Source of the DNA: an uncultured bacterium
Lineage (GTDB): Bacteria; Acidobacteriota; Vicinamibacteria; Vicinamibacterales; UBA8438
Direction of reading: 5' to 3'
Length of the DNA stretch: 64,000 bases
Assembly: GCA_963934795.1 (NCBI GenBank)
Contig: CAWWAF010000003.1
Location: forward strand, 2,029 to 66,028
Under the pieces are notes generated by a model. That model had not been told where the DNA came from. It worked only from the letters and a program-made list of their open reading frames with translations, and did no database searches. Shown here piece after piece: positions 27,062 to 37,411 of this stretch. The translations under genes were made by a program, and so were the position numbers. The first letter of the stretch is position 1, and every line of letters starts with the position of its first letter.

Positions 27062-27206
27062 TATGCGAACCGGATGGACGGCGGCCCTGGGCGTTCGAAA
27101 AGGGGACCTCGCGCAGCGGGTTGCTTGTCGGTGGTGGCCGTGACGCGGCCGGGCCCGAGGCCGGATTTACGTGGCCGACCCCGGCGTGATGGCGTACGGT
27201 GTTTCG

Positions 27207-27869
27207 CTACGCGCCCTGGGTGGTCTGCAGCGTGATACCCGTCAGGCGCCCGAGTTCGGCCAGGGCGGCCGTGGGTTCGCTGACCTTGACGGTCGTCATG
27301 CCCAGTGCCCGGGCGGGTTTCAGGTTGCCGCCCAGGTCGTCGAGAAAAATGGTCCGATCCGGCACGACGTTCAAGGTTCGGCAGGCAAGCTCGTAGATGC
27401 GCGGTTCCGGTTTGCGCATGCGCACCAGGCACGATTCCACCACGGCGTCAAAGCTGCGTTTGACGGCGTCAAGGTCCGCAGCCCGGTCGGGCATCGGCCA
27501 GATGTTGGTCAGCGCGCCCACCCGCAGCCCGGCGGCACGGAGTCGGACGATGGCAGTGACCATCGTCTGGCGTGGCACGGCCGTCGAGGCGATGACACGC
27601 AACAGCGCGACCGCGTCGACCCGATGGCCCGCCGCGTCCCCCTGGGCCGAGAAGGCCGTGGCGAACAGGGCGGGGCTCAGTTCGCCTCGCTCGAGCTGCG
27701 CCCAGGGACCATCGTCTCCACCTTCGAGCACGAGCCGGGCGATGAATCGCGGTGGGATCCCGGTGTCCGCCTCGAATGCCGCGATGGCCGGTAGGGGAGA
27801 CTCCAGTACCACGCCGCCCAGATCAAAGATGACTCCCTCGATGGTCCTGTCAACCATTGCCGCCCTCAT
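27207..27869 (-). CDS. HAD-superfamily hydrolase (subfamily IA, epoxide-hydrolase N-terminal phosphatase-like)
   Basis: Motif I GVIFDLGGVV. 220 aa. It overlaps the upstream oxidoreductase gene by 20 nt. Confidence 0.75.
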   Translation of the reverse strand: MRAAMVDRTIEGVIFDLGGVVLESPLPAIAAFEADTGIPPRFIARLVLEGGDDGPWAQLERGELSPALFATAFSAQGDAAGHRVDAVALLRVIASTAVPRQTMVTAIVRLRAAGLRVGALTNIWPMPDRAADLDAVKRSFDAVVESCLVRMRKPEPRIYELACRTLNVVPDRTIFLDDLGGNLKPARALGMTTVKVSEPTAALAELGRLTGITLQTTQGA

Positions 27870-28854
27870 AGCGGTCGGTGGTCAGAATGACCTTGCCGAT
27901 AACCTCGCGGCGCTCCAGCATGGTCAGCGCGACGGCGGCATCGGCGAGCGGTAGCCTGCGCGCGATAAGCGGCCGGAGCCGACCCTCATTGAGCCAGGTG
28001 AATAGTTGCTGGAAGTTGCGGCCATTGCCGGCCGGATCGCGATCGGCGTAGGCGCCCCAGAACACGCCGATGACCGAGCATCCTTTCAGCAAGATGAGGT
28101 TTGCCCGCGCGTGTGGAATGGTTCCGCTGGTGAAGCCGACCACGAGCAGTCGGCCCTCCCAATTGATGCACCGTAGCGACTTCTCGAAGATCTCCCCACC
28201 CACCGGGTCGCAGATGACGTCGGCGCCGCGCCCGTCGGTCGCCGCTTTGACTTGATCCTTCCAGTCTGGATCCCTGTCGTAGTTGATGAGGTGTTCGACG
28301 CCGTAGTGCGCCGCGACAGCCCGCAACTTCTGGTCGTTGCCCCCGGTGGCCACGATGCGAGCACCCAGGCACTGACCGATGTCAATCGCGGCGGTTCCGA
28401 TGCCGCCGGCGGCGCCGTGCACAAGCAGCGTCTCATTCGGCTGCAGCGCAGCCCGCTGCACCAACGCGTGGCAGCTCGTCCCATAGGTGAGGGCCAGGCC
28501 GGCGGCCACGGCCAGATCGGTGGATGGCGGTATCGCCACGCACCGGTGCCCAGGTACGACCGCCTCTTCGGCGTACCCGTTCCACCGGGTCATCCCGATG
28601 ACGCGGTCGCCAACGGCAAAGTCCGTGACCGCTGCGCCTGTCTCCAGTACCTCACCAGCCACTTCGCCGCCCGGTGCGAACGGGAGCGCTGGTTTGAATT
28701 GATACAGTCCCTGGATGATGAGTAGATCGGGGAAATTCACTCCGGCGGCGTGCACGCCGATCCGCACATCGTGCTCGCCCAGCGGCGCCCGCGGTACCTC
28801 TTGCAGCACCAGGCTGTCTGGGGGGCCGTACGCCGTGCACAGCATCGCTTTCAT
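27850..28854 (-). CDS. NADPH:quinone oxidoreductase / zinc-type MDR family
   Basis: The internal ATG at 28854 gives MKAMLCTAYGPPDSLVLQEVP. Nucleotide-binding motif VHGAAGGIGTAAIDIG. Confidence 0.85.
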   Translation of the reverse strand: MKAMLCTAYGPPDSLVLQEVPRAPLGEHDVRIGVHAAGVNFPDLLIIQGLYQFKPALPFAPGGEVAGEVLETGAAVTDFAVGDRVIGMTRWNGYAEEAVVPGHRCVAIPPSTDLAVAAGLALTYGTSCHALVQRAALQPNETLLVHGAAGGIGTAAIDIGQCLGARIVATGGNDQKLRAVAAHYGVEHLINYDRDPDWKDQVKAATDGRGADVICDPVGGEIFEKSLRCINWEGRLLVVGFTSGTIPHARANLILLKGCSVIGVFWGAYADRDPAGNGRNFQQLFTWLNEGRLRPLIARRLPLADAAVALTMLERREVIGKVILTTDRYEGGNG

Positions 28855-28966
28855 GTCTGTTTCCTCGCGCTTCGAAGACCAGGATCTGACGGGCGTCCGT
28901 CGTGGGGTCGTCATTCTAACAGGCGGACGCCGACGTCGGCCGACCGGGCGCGTGTAAGATCTCAGC

Positions 28967-30103
28967 ATGCCTGGCGACTCTTTCGGACATACCTTTCGCA
29001 TCAGTACCGCCGGCGAGTCTCACGGGCCGGGGTATGTCGTGATCATCGAGGGCTGTCCGCCCGGGGTGGTGCTCACGGCGGCCGATCTGGCCGAGGACCT
29101 GGCTCGTCGGCGTCCTGGGCAAAGCCGCATCGTGACCCCTCGCGATGAGCCGGACACACCGGAGATCCTCTCCGGCGTCTTCGAGGGAGAGACAACGGGC
29201 ACCGCGATCGCCATTCTGATTCGGAATACGGACCAGCGCGGTCGCGACTACGCGGATATCAAGGACAAGTATCGGCCCGGGCACGCGGACTACACGTACG
29301 ACGCGAAGTACGGTGCGCGCGACTATCGCGGTGGTGGCCGGTCGAGTGCTCGTGAAACCAGCGTGCGTGTTGCGGCCGGGGTCGTGGCCAAGAAGATCAT
29401 CGCGTCAGCATTTGGTGGTTCCGTCGTCGGCTACGTGCGTCAGGTCGGGGACATTGTGGCGGACGTGCCAGACCCGGCGGCCGTGACACTGGACCAGGTC
29501 GAGACCTTGCCTACCGGGGCGCCGAACATCGTTCGGTGCCCGGATCCGGACCGCGCGGCGGAAATGGTGGCCCTGATCGAGCAGGTCCGCGAACAGCGCG
29601 ACTCCATCGGCGGGGTGGCCGAAATCGTCGCGACCGGGGTACCGGCCGGACTCGGCGAGCCAGTGTTCGACAAGCTCAAGGCTGACCTGGCCAAGGCACT
29701 CTTCAGTCTGCCGGCGGTGCTGGGCGTGGAGTACGGCATTGGGTTCGGGGCGGCGACGCTGCGAGGTAGCCAGAACAACGATCTCTTTTACGCCGCGGAT
29801 ACGGCGGCGGCGCGCTCCAGTATCGCGACCCGATCCAATCGTCACGGCGGCATGCTCGGAGGCATTTCGAGCGGCATGCCGATCGTGCTGCGCGCCGCGG
29901 TGAAACCGACCAGCAGTCTGCCGCAGGAGCAGCCCACGGTCACCCGACGTGGCGAACCGACCACCATCAGCACCAAGGGCCGTCACGATCCCTGCCTGCT
30001 GCCGCGTTTTGTCCCGATGGCCGAGGCAATGGTCGCCATCGTGCTCGCCGACCACTGGCTTCGGTGGCAAGCGTCGGGCCGAGCGAACCCCACTCGGGGC
30101 TAG
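28967..30103 (+). CDS. aroC: chorismate synthase
   Basis: [22 protein letters not shown]... followed by [28 protein letters not shown]. These are canonical AroC signatures over the full length of 378 aa. Confidence 0.95.
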   Translation: MPGDSFGHTFRISTAGESHGPGYVVIIEGCPPGVVLTAADLAEDLARRRPGQSRIVTPRDEPDTPEILSGVFEGETTGTAIAILIRNTDQRGRDYADIKDKYRPGHADYTYDAKYGARDYRGGGRSSARETSVRVAAGVVAKKIIASAFGGSVVGYVRQVGDIVADVPDPAAVTLDQVETLPTGAPNIVRCPDPDRAAEMVALIEQVREQRDSIGGVAEIVATGVPAGLGEPVFDKLKADLAKALFSLPAVLGVEYGIGFGAATLRGSQNNDLFYAADTAAARSSIATRSNRHGGMLGGISSGMPIVLRAAVKPTSSLPQEQPTVTRRGEPTTISTKGRHDPCLLPRFVPMAEAMVAIVLADHWLRWQASGRANPTRG

Positions 30104-30342
30104 CGTCAGCCTTGTCGCGGGCGGCGTTCAGGGGCCTGAGGCGCTACACGGATGCCCCGGTATCTCAGGCGAATGATCGTGAGCTCGCGATGGCGGCGTG
30201 GTATTACTAGACACTCTGATGGGACCGTCGGTCTCCCGTATGATGTGCGGGGGACCTCGGCGGGGTGCTGAAAAGCCCTTTGCCCGATGACTGCGTGCGT
30301 GTGTCGCGATGCATCGGGGCATGCACAGGAGGCAATTGAATC

Positions 30343-31491
30343 ATGCGTAAGTTTGTTCTCGTCCTCGTGGCCGTCGTTGCGGGAGGCCTACTGGCCGGCC
30401 CCGCCTCGCTCCAAGATCTCGGCCCCGAAGGTCCGAGCCCCTACGAAGCGGTGGAAGGCTGGTTGAAGCCGTTCGCTGGTGCCGGATTCGCGTTCGGTGG
30501 TAACTCAGGCGTTCACGCCGAGTCGCCCGACCGCATTTTCGTCGTGCAGCGTGGCGAGACGCGGTTGCCCGATACCGTGCCGCCCGGGTTCGCCGGTTTT
30601 GTGGGCTCCATCGGGATCAATGCGCTCACCGATACGGATGGCCGTACTTGGCAGAACTGCATTTACATCGTCGATGGAGATGGGAACCTGATCGAGGTGT
30701 GGGACCAGTGGGATCACCTGTTCCAAGGGTCTGAGGGGCCCGGTCCTCACCGCATTCGGATCAGCCCCTATGACCCGGAAAAGCGGGTGTGGGTGGTGCA
30801 CGAGTCTGGGCATCAGATCTTCGTCTTCTCCAACGACGGGAGCGAGCTGCTGGCGACGCTGGGCGAGAAGAACGTGCCCGGGAACGATGAGACCCACCTT
30901 GGTGGTCCACAGGATGTCGCGTTCTTCCCCGACGGTCGCGTGATGGTGGCCGACGGGATCATCAACGGGCGAGTGATGATCCTCGACGCGGACTTGAACT
31001 ACATCACCGAGTTCGGTGGTGAGCCCGGCGACGGGCGCGGACGTTTCAACCGCCCGCACGGCCTCGCGCTGGGACCGAATGGCCGTATTTTCGTTACGGA
31101 TCGGGACAACCGACGCGTCCAGGTTTTCAACGAGACCACCCGCTCAGCGTGGTATCACCCCAACATCTCGCCGATTGCGACATGGCCCGGGTTCGATCTG
31201 CCGCTCGATGTCATCGTCAACCAATATGACGTGTTCATCACCGACGTCTCCTCCAGCGGGGCCAGTATTGTCCAGCTCGACCTGAACGGTAACCGCCAGT
31301 ACACGGCCAGAATGCCGACAGAGGGCCCTGGGATGTTCCGCGAGGTGCACTCGTTCTCGGTCGATAGCGACGGCAATGTCTACGGGGCCGACAATCAGCA
31401 CGGGCGGGTCCAGAAGCTCGTGCCACGGGCCGATGCCGATCAGGCACTGCTCGTGGAGGTGCCGTTCGTCGAAACTGACGTGACGCCATAG
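30343..31491 (+). CDS. secreted NHL-repeat six-bladed beta-propeller protein (PAL-like fold)
   Basis: Signal peptide and repeated NHL-type blades (VTDRDNRRVQVF, GADNQHGRVQKL, VADGIINGRVMIL). Confidence 0.65.
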   Translation: MRKFVLVLVAVVAGGLLAGPASLQDLGPEGPSPYEAVEGWLKPFAGAGFAFGGNSGVHAESPDRIFVVQRGETRLPDTVPPGFAGFVGSIGINALTDTDGRTWQNCIYIVDGDGNLIEVWDQWDHLFQGSEGPGPHRIRISPYDPEKRVWVVHESGHQIFVFSNDGSELLATLGEKNVPGNDETHLGGPQDVAFFPDGRVMVADGIINGRVMILDADLNYITEFGGEPGDGRGRFNRPHGLALGPNGRIFVTDRDNRRVQVFNETTRSAWYHPNISPIATWPGFDLPLDVIVNQYDVFITDVSSSGASIVQLDLNGNRQYTARMPTEGPGMFREVHSFSVDSDGNVYGADNQHGRVQKLVPRADADQALLVEVPFVETDVTP

Positions 31492-31511
31492 GGCAGTCAC
31501 TGCAAGACGGA

Positions 31512-31544
31512 GGGCCGGCGCAGCCGGCTCGCCGTTGTTTTTTT
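31512..31544 (+). terminator. possible Rho-independent terminator
   Basis: GCCGGC-GCA-GCCGGC stem-loop about 20 nt after the stop codon. After a short spacer it is followed by TTGTTTTTTT. Confidence 0.4.
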
Positions 31545-31669
31545 CGGCCCCGCCACTGCCTGCATCGGTAGTGGGAGACCCACGCGAGAGGGTGCCGGTC
31601 GTCCACAGCGGAAGGCCGTCGGGATTCCGCCGGGGTCGCTCCCCGTGACAGATATCAAGAGGTGGACGG

Positions 31670-32167
31670 ATGGCTCGAGGACGCGGAGTGCGGGTCGTCG
31701 TCAGTGTGGTCGCACTGGCCACCACGTTCGGTCTGGGGTGGATGGTCGCCAAGACAGGCGCCGGTCAAGCGGTGCCGACCGAGTCGCTGACAGAGCTCGA
31801 GCGCCAGTTCACGGATCGGATGCAGAACGTGGTCCTGGTCGGGAACTTTACCGTCGACGGTCGCGAGACGCGCGGGGGCAGCCCGGAGCGCTACGAACTG
31901 AGCGGTGTCACCAAGGTTGCTGACGACCAGTGGCGGTTCGACGTGCACATGGTGTACGGCAACGTCGACGCGACGCTGCCCGTGGTCGTGCCTATCGTGT
32001 GGGCGGGTGATACGCCCATGGTGACCATTACCGATTTTTCTATTCCCACCCTGGGAACGTTCACGGCACGGGTCTTTTTCTACGACGACCGGTATGCCGG
32101 ATCGTGGCAGCATGGCCAGTATGGCGGTCTGATGTACGGGGCCATCGAGCCGCTGGACGCGAGTTGA
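31670..32167 (+). CDS. hypothetical membrane-anchored protein
   Basis: 165-aa ORF with an N-terminal TM segment (VVVSVVALATTFGLGWMVA). I recognise no motif. Confidence 0.45.
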   Translation: MARGRGVRVVVSVVALATTFGLGWMVAKTGAGQAVPTESLTELERQFTDRMQNVVLVGNFTVDGRETRGGSPERYELSGVTKVADDQWRFDVHMVYGNVDATLPVVVPIVWAGDTPMVTITDFSIPTLGTFTARVFFYDDRYAGSWQHGQYGGLMYGAIEPLDAS

Positions 32168-32176
32168 CGCCTCTCG

Positions 32177-32959
32177 TTACTTGCGTTCCAGAAACGCCTG
32201 CATAAGACGACGAGGTTCGTCGGTCTGGTAGGCGTCGGCGAACACCTGGACACTGCGCTCGATCGCCTCGTCGAGGGGCACGCTGTCCCACAGTCGGACC
32301 AACTGTTTCTGGAGACGGATCGCGTGAGGCCCAGCCCTGTCGATGGCGCGGACCCAGTCCAGGGTGGCCACGTCGAGGTCCGAGCTGGAAACGACCCGGT
32401 CGACGAGACGGCAGCTCTCGGCATCCGTCGCCGTCAGTGAGCGGCCCGTGTACACCAGTTCCCGCGCCATGCCCGCGCCGACCAGGCGTGGCAGTAGGGC
32501 GGCTTCGATCACAGACGGGATTCCCACGTTGACCTCGGGCATGCCGAAGGTGGCGCCGTCGGCCGCCACCCGGAGGTCGCACGAGGCGGCGATCTCAAGA
32601 CCTGCGCCCAGACAGAACCCCTGAATACGTGCAATGACCGGTACCGGAAGCGCGCGTATCGAGGCACACGCCTGATGCAGCCGCGAGATGAACGCTCGAG
32701 CACTCGCGGGGTCCAGATCGGCCATCTCTCGGATGTCGGCGCCGCCGATGAATGCACGGTCACCCGCCCCGGTCAAGACGACGCAGCGCAGCGTGTCGTT
32801 CGCCTGCAGACGCTCGCACACCGCCACGAGCTGCAGGATCAGCGCCGAGTTCAGCGTGTTGACCCGCGCCTGATGGTCGACCGTGACTCGGGCAAGTTGA
32901 CCGCCAGAGGGGAGCGCTTCAAGCTCGCACTGGATTTGCGGGGGGATGGCAGACGACAT
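32177..32959 (-). CDS. enoyl-CoA hydratase/isomerase family protein
   Basis: The internal ATG at 32959 gives a 260-aa product. Motifs VLTGAGDRAFIGGADIRE and GFCLGAGLEIAASCDLR. Confidence 0.85.
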   Translation of the reverse strand: MSSAIPPQIQCELEALPSGGQLARVTVDHQARVNTLNSALILQLVAVCERLQANDTLRCVVLTGAGDRAFIGGADIREMADLDPASARAFISRLHQACASIRALPVPVIARIQGFCLGAGLEIAASCDLRVAADGATFGMPEVNVGIPSVIEAALLPRLVGAGMARELVYTGRSLTATDAESCRLVDRVVSSSDLDVATLDWVRAIDRAGPHAIRLQKQLVRLWDSVPLDEAIERSVQVFADAYQTDEPRRLMQAFLERK

Positions 32960-33067
32960 ATTCTCTCCGGGATGGGTGATGGGGCCGTTCTGCGCGTGGG
33001 CGCCGACCATACTCGTCGCGTGACACGCCCCTCGTAGCGCAGGGTACGACATTTCATAGACCAGGGC

Positions 33068-33850
33068 ATGCGCCTCAAGGATTCGATCGCCGTCGTCACC
33101 GGCGGAGCCAGCGGGATCGGGCGGGCGCTCGCCTGGCGATTCACGACCGAGGGCGCCCGGGGTGTCGTCGTGGTTGACATCGATGCCGATGGCGCCAGGG
33201 CCGTCGCGGCCGAAGTCGGCGGCGTCGCGATCGTGGCGGATGTGTCGGACAGCGCCGAGGTTGCGCGGGTCGTTGACGCGACGGAATCGCAGGTGGGCCC
33301 GATCGATCTGTTTTGCTCCAACGCCGGTCTGTTCGTGCCCGGTGGGGCCGGTCTCAGCGACGATCAGTGGGAAGAAATTTGGGGGGTCAACGTGCTGGCC
33401 CACGTCTACGCCGCGCGGGCCGTCCTTCCGTCCATGCTTGAGCGCGGACGTGGATATCTGCTGCAGACCGCGTCGGCGGCTGGCCTGCTCAGCCAGATCG
33501 GCTCGGCGCCGTATTCGGTGACCAAGCATGCGGCGGTGGGCTTCGCCGAGTGGCTCTCGATCACGTATGGCGACCGGGGAATCACCGTCTCCGTGCTGTG
33601 TCCGCAAGCGGTCCGCACCCGCATGACGGATGGACTGGCGGATGGCGCATCCGCCGCCGTCGACGGGATTTTGGAGCCGGGCCAGGTGGCTGACGCTGTT
33701 GTCGCGGGCCTTGCATGTGAGCGATTTCTGATCCTGCCCCATCCTGAGGTGCTGGACTACATGCGCCGCAAGACCGCGGACTACGACCGCTGGCTCACCG
33801 GGATGCGAAGGCTGCACGCGAGACTGCCACCGGCGTCAGACGGGGACTGA
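33068..33850 (+). CDS. SDR family oxidoreductase
   Basis: VVTGGASGIGRALA and YSVTKHA. Confidence 0.9.
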   Translation: MRLKDSIAVVTGGASGIGRALAWRFTTEGARGVVVVDIDADGARAVAAEVGGVAIVADVSDSAEVARVVDATESQVGPIDLFCSNAGLFVPGGAGLSDDQWEEIWGVNVLAHVYAARAVLPSMLERGRGYLLQTASAAGLLSQIGSAPYSVTKHAAVGFAEWLSITYGDRGITVSVLCPQAVRTRMTDGLADGASAAVDGILEPGQVADAVVAGLACERFLILPHPEVLDYMRRKTADYDRWLTGMRRLHARLPPASDGD

Positions 33851-33882
33851 GCCGGATGCGTGACGATGGAAGAGTCCTGCGT

Positions 33883-34578
33883 CTAGAATCTGCGCTCGTA
33901 GCGCCATCCTGCGTCGAGCATCCACACGCGGTGGCGGGGGCCGGGACAATGCACCGTACGCGATGCATACCCGCAGTCTTCCGCGTACAGCGCTACACGG
34001 CCACCCTCGACTGGAATAATTCGGCCCAGCATCTGTTCCATCGGCCAGGTGTCTACCGCAGCCAACGCGCTACGGACGGTCGTATGTTCGGCGAGGCGTG
34101 TCGTGAATACGAAGGTCGGGTTGGCAAACTGGACAGTGCCCGCGCGGTGGGCCCGAAGTGCTTCCTCCGGACGGTGCCACTGGTGAGCGTGAATCTCGAC
34201 CCCATCGACCTGGATTGGGCTGTCGTCGGCCTCGGCGACGAAGAACGAGGTGGCGAATCGGATCGGACTGGCGGTTGGGGTGGTCCATTGACTGACCGGG
34301 TGTAGCGAGGCTGGATCAAGGGTCACACCCGCCTCTTCCTGCGCCTCCCGCACCGCGGCTCGTCGGGCCGTGCCTGATGCGTCCAGGTCGCCGGCCTTGT
34401 GGTCTCCCGGGTCGACCCGCCCGCCCGGAAAGACCCAATAGCCACCCATGAATCGCAGATGCGGACTGCGACGCAGGTAGAGGATCTCCAGACCATCCTC
34501 GACGTCGCGCAGCAGCACTACGGACGCTGCAGGCTGTGGTTCGACGATTTCTCCCGGCGGACTCGCCATCGGTGCCAT
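33883..34578 (-). CDS. NUDIX hydrolase
   Basis: Nudix box region GGRVDPGD...ARRAAVREAQEEAGV. The start is assigned to the ATG at 34578. Confidence 0.75.
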   Translation of the reverse strand: MAPMASPPGEIVEPQPAASVVLLRDVEDGLEILYLRRSPHLRFMGGYWVFPGGRVDPGDHKAGDLDASGTARRAAVREAQEEAGVTLDPASLHPVSQWTTPTASPIRFATSFFVAEADDSPIQVDGVEIHAHQWHRPEEALRAHRAGTVQFANPTFVFTTRLAEHTTVRSALAAVDTWPMEQMLGRIIPVEGGRVALYAEDCGYASRTVHCPGPRHRVWMLDAGWRYERRF

Positions 34579-34679
34579 GCCCCATGGTACGCTAGCGACT
34601 GACTCGGAGGGGCACACCGCACCGTGGTGCGTCACTCGACCAACGCCAGCCCCGCGCTTCACCCGCGAACCCCCGCCTA

Positions 34680-35402
34680 GTGATGTCTCCGCTCGACACT
34701 GTGCTCGTCGTCCTCTGTAGCGTGGCGGGGTTTACTCTGCAGGGCGCCGTTGGGATCGGAATAGGAATCCTGGGTTCGCCGCTTTTGCTCTTGATCGACA
34801 GCCGTTTCGTGCCGGGGCCCATCTTGGCTTCGACGATGGTGTTCACGTGCCTGATGACGCTGCGAGAACGTCGAGCCATCGACCTCAGCGGTGTGCGGTG
34901 GGCAATGGCGGGTCGGTTTATCGGCACGTTGCCGGCGGCCGCGGTGCTGACTGTGCTTCCCGCCGAGCAGCTGAGCCTCGTCCTTGGGGCGATCGTCCTG
35001 CTGGCCGTCGGCATCAGTGTGTCGGGGCTGCGCGTCGAGCCGCGGCCGGCGGCCCTGCTGACCGGCGGGGTTCTGTCCGGCCTGATGGGAACGATCGCAG
35101 CGATCGGGGGACCGCCGCTCGCCTTGCTGTATCAGCGGGCGTCCGGTGCGCAGGTGCGCGGGACGCTGTCCAGCGTGTTCCTGGTCGGGACGGTCATGTC
35201 CCTGACCGCACTCGTCTTCGTGGGACGATTCGGCCGAGAGGAACTGGAACTCAGCCTCATGCTCGCGCCCGGCGTCGTGGTCGGTTTTCTGCTCTCGCGG
35301 CGAATAGCCTCGCGGCTTGACCAGGGGTATACACGCCGTGCGGTTCTGGCCGTGGCCTCCGCCGCGGGTGTGGTCGTCGTTGCGCGCTATTTCGCAGCCT
35401 GA
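34680..35402 (+). CDS. sulfite exporter TauE/SafE family membrane protein
   Basis: 240 aa with about 7-8 TM helices and the duplicated-halves pattern typical of TauE/SafE (DUF81). Confidence 0.8.
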   Translation: MMSPLDTVLVVLCSVAGFTLQGAVGIGIGILGSPLLLLIDSRFVPGPILASTMVFTCLMTLRERRAIDLSGVRWAMAGRFIGTLPAAAVLTVLPAEQLSLVLGAIVLLAVGISVSGLRVEPRPAALLTGGVLSGLMGTIAAIGGPPLALLYQRASGAQVRGTLSSVFLVGTVMSLTALVFVGRFGREELELSLMLAPGVVVGFLLSRRIASRLDQGYTRRAVLAVASAAGVVVVARYFAA

Positions 35403-35549
35403 GCAGAGCACTGGCTCCAGCCGGTCGAATGCCGGGCTGTCCCGAATTGCGGTTGCGGGGTATCGGTGGGCCTCGTCCCGACCGATACGACATAGGTAGA
35501 TGGCCGGTCGCCGGTGCGACTCGGTCTCCGAAAGTAGACGCCGGAGCGC

Positions 35550-36326
35550 ATGCGAAGGACACGACGGAATCGGGCCCCAGCGCGGAGCCGCGCGAGCCTC
35601 TGTGCGTCGCTCGCCGTGGTGGCGGCGTCACTCGTGGGCCACATGTCCGCGCAGAGCCTGCGTGGCAGCCGCTCGTCACTGGACGTGCAGACGGAGGAGG
35701 CCGCAGGTCATGACTTTGGCTACGTGTCTGAGCCTGACGAGGTGCGTCAGCTGGCAGTGGCGGGGGTTCTTGTTCGGGTCGACGGGAACCGCGACTATCG
35801 ACTGAAGGACGTCTCGTTTCCCTTCGCGCGTCCGGCCGTGAAGTTGTTCATCGAGCGGCTCGCAAGCCAGTACCGGCTGGCGTGCGGTCAGCAACTGGTG
35901 GTGACGAGTCTGACCCGCCCTCAGTCAGACCAACCTCGCAATGCGTCAGAACGGTCGGTGCATCCAACTGGGATGGCATTGGACCTGCGTCGTCCATCTG
36001 GTCGGTGTCGAAGCTGGCTCGAAGCGACGCTGCTGTCGCTGGAGTCCGAGGCGGTCCTCGAGGCGACGTCGGAACGGCGTCCACCGCATTATCACGTTGC
36101 GGTCTTCCCTGAGCAGTACGAGGCCTACGTCAAGCAGCTGAGCGAACGCGTGGCCTCCGGCCCGCCCCTCGCGCCCAGTGTGTACACCGTTCGTCGTGGC
36201 GATACGCTCTGGGATATTGCGCGGAGCCACGGCGTCTCATCCGGCACCCTGCGCCGGATGAACGGGTTGTCGTCGTCGCGGATTCATCCCGGCCAGACGT
36301 TGACCGTGCCCAGGGCGCGGCGCTAA
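35550..36326 (+). CDS. LysM domain protein with M15-like (D-Ala-D-Ala carboxypeptidase-like) core
   Basis: C-terminal LysM YTVRRGDTLWDIARSHGVSSGTLRRMNGLSSSRIHPGQTLTVP. The central SVHPTGMALDL ... HYHVAV resembles the zinc ligands of the Hedgehog/DD-peptidase fold. Confidence 0.65.
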   Translation: MRRTRRNRAPARSRASLCASLAVVAASLVGHMSAQSLRGSRSSLDVQTEEAAGHDFGYVSEPDEVRQLAVAGVLVRVDGNRDYRLKDVSFPFARPAVKLFIERLASQYRLACGQQLVVTSLTRPQSDQPRNASERSVHPTGMALDLRRPSGRCRSWLEATLLSLESEAVLEATSERRPPHYHVAVFPEQYEAYVKQLSERVASGPPLAPSVYTVRRGDTLWDIARSHGVSSGTLRRMNGLSSSRIHPGQTLTVPRARR

Positions 36327-36505
36327 GACTTCCCGGACGTCGCGGGACCTGCCTCGCGGCGCCGCCGGCCGGGGCAAGGATCTGCTGGCCCTGCCCTGAG
36401 GACCGTTCTACAATGGGACCACTAACAACGGGGATGCGCGTCCTCCCGGAAGACCGGCCACCACACGAATTGGTTGAGCGTCACTACGCGTTTATGGAGT
36501 CTGCA

Positions 36506-37339
36506 ATGAAGGCATCGGTCGGTGTTCTTGCCCTGAGTCTCATGTTGGCCGCCCACTCGGCGTCGGCCCAAGAGATCCCGAGGCTCTCTGATGGCCGTCC
36601 AGACATGAATGGCATCTGGCAGGTGTTGAACGAGGCGAACTACGACCTCGAACCGCACGTTGCCCGCCACTCAATGCAGATGCGTGAGGGGCCGGTGAAC
36701 CCCGTGCCCGCCGTGCCGACCTTGCGGCTCGGTGCCGTGGGTGCAGTGCCCGGGAGCCTGGGGGTCATTGTTGGCGGCGGGAAGATCCCGTACACGGAGG
36801 ACGCCCGCACGCTGAAAGAGGAGAACGCCGCAAACTGGATTGACAGGGACCCTGAGGTCAAGTGCTATATGCCCGGCGTGCCGCGGGCGACCTACATTCC
36901 GATGCCGTTCCAGGTCATCCAGAGCGAAAAGGACGTGTTCATCGCGTACCAGTTTGCGGGCGCCGTGCGGGACATCTATATGGACAACCCCGGCCCGTCC
37001 CAGGTCGACTCGTGGATGGGGTGGTCGGTGGGAACCTGGGAAGGGGACACGCTGGTCGTGGATGTGACCGGCCTTGCTGACGGGACGTGGCTTGATCGGG
37101 CTGGCAGCCATCATAGCTACCAGATGCACGTGGTGGAGCGCTACACGATGATGGGGCCGAATCACATCGACTACGAAGCGACCATCGAAGACCCGCAGGT
37201 GCTGACGGAACCGTTCACGATCAAGATGCCCTTGTATCGCCGGATGGAAGAGAACGCCCGAATCATGGACTTCCGCTGCGTGGAGTTTGTCGAAGAGCTA
37301 CTGTTTGGCGAGTGGCGCCGCACCCCGCTACCTCGGTAA
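36506..37339 (+). CDS. secreted protein, divergent member of the 'EYACHEGN' paralogue family (P1)
   Basis: Signal peptide MKASVGVLALSLMLAAHSASAQ. Shared blocks SDGRPDMNGIW, W.G.S.G.WEGDTLVVDVT and V.ERYT......I.YE.TIEDP. The C-terminal motif is degenerate (FRCVEF). Confidence 0.55.
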   Translation: MKASVGVLALSLMLAAHSASAQEIPRLSDGRPDMNGIWQVLNEANYDLEPHVARHSMQMREGPVNPVPAVPTLRLGAVGAVPGSLGVIVGGGKIPYTEDARTLKEENAANWIDRDPEVKCYMPGVPRATYIPMPFQVIQSEKDVFIAYQFAGAVRDIYMDNPGPSQVDSWMGWSVGTWEGDTLVVDVTGLADGTWLDRAGSHHSYQMHVVERYTMMGPNHIDYEATIEDPQVLTEPFTIKMPLYRRMEENARIMDFRCVEFVEELLFGEWRRTPLPR

Positions 37340-37411
37340 CGCGCAGACGGATGTGCGGCGACGCAAGTTCGGTGCGGGAACGTCCGACGACGGAAACCGA
37401 AGGAGATTGAG

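Noticed and set aside
30104-30342. 239-nt intergenic region after aroC with an imperfect hairpin (GCGTTCAGG..CCTGAGGCGC)
   Set aside because: The stem is imperfect, no T-tract follows, and I recognise no riboswitch-like consensus. The evidence is insufficient to call a terminator or ncRNA.
32960-33817. N-terminal extension of ORF 32177..33817 (546 aa)
   Set aside because: The extension is antisense to the SDR gene 33068..33850 and has shadow-ORF composition. The crotonase homology starts at the internal ATG 32959.
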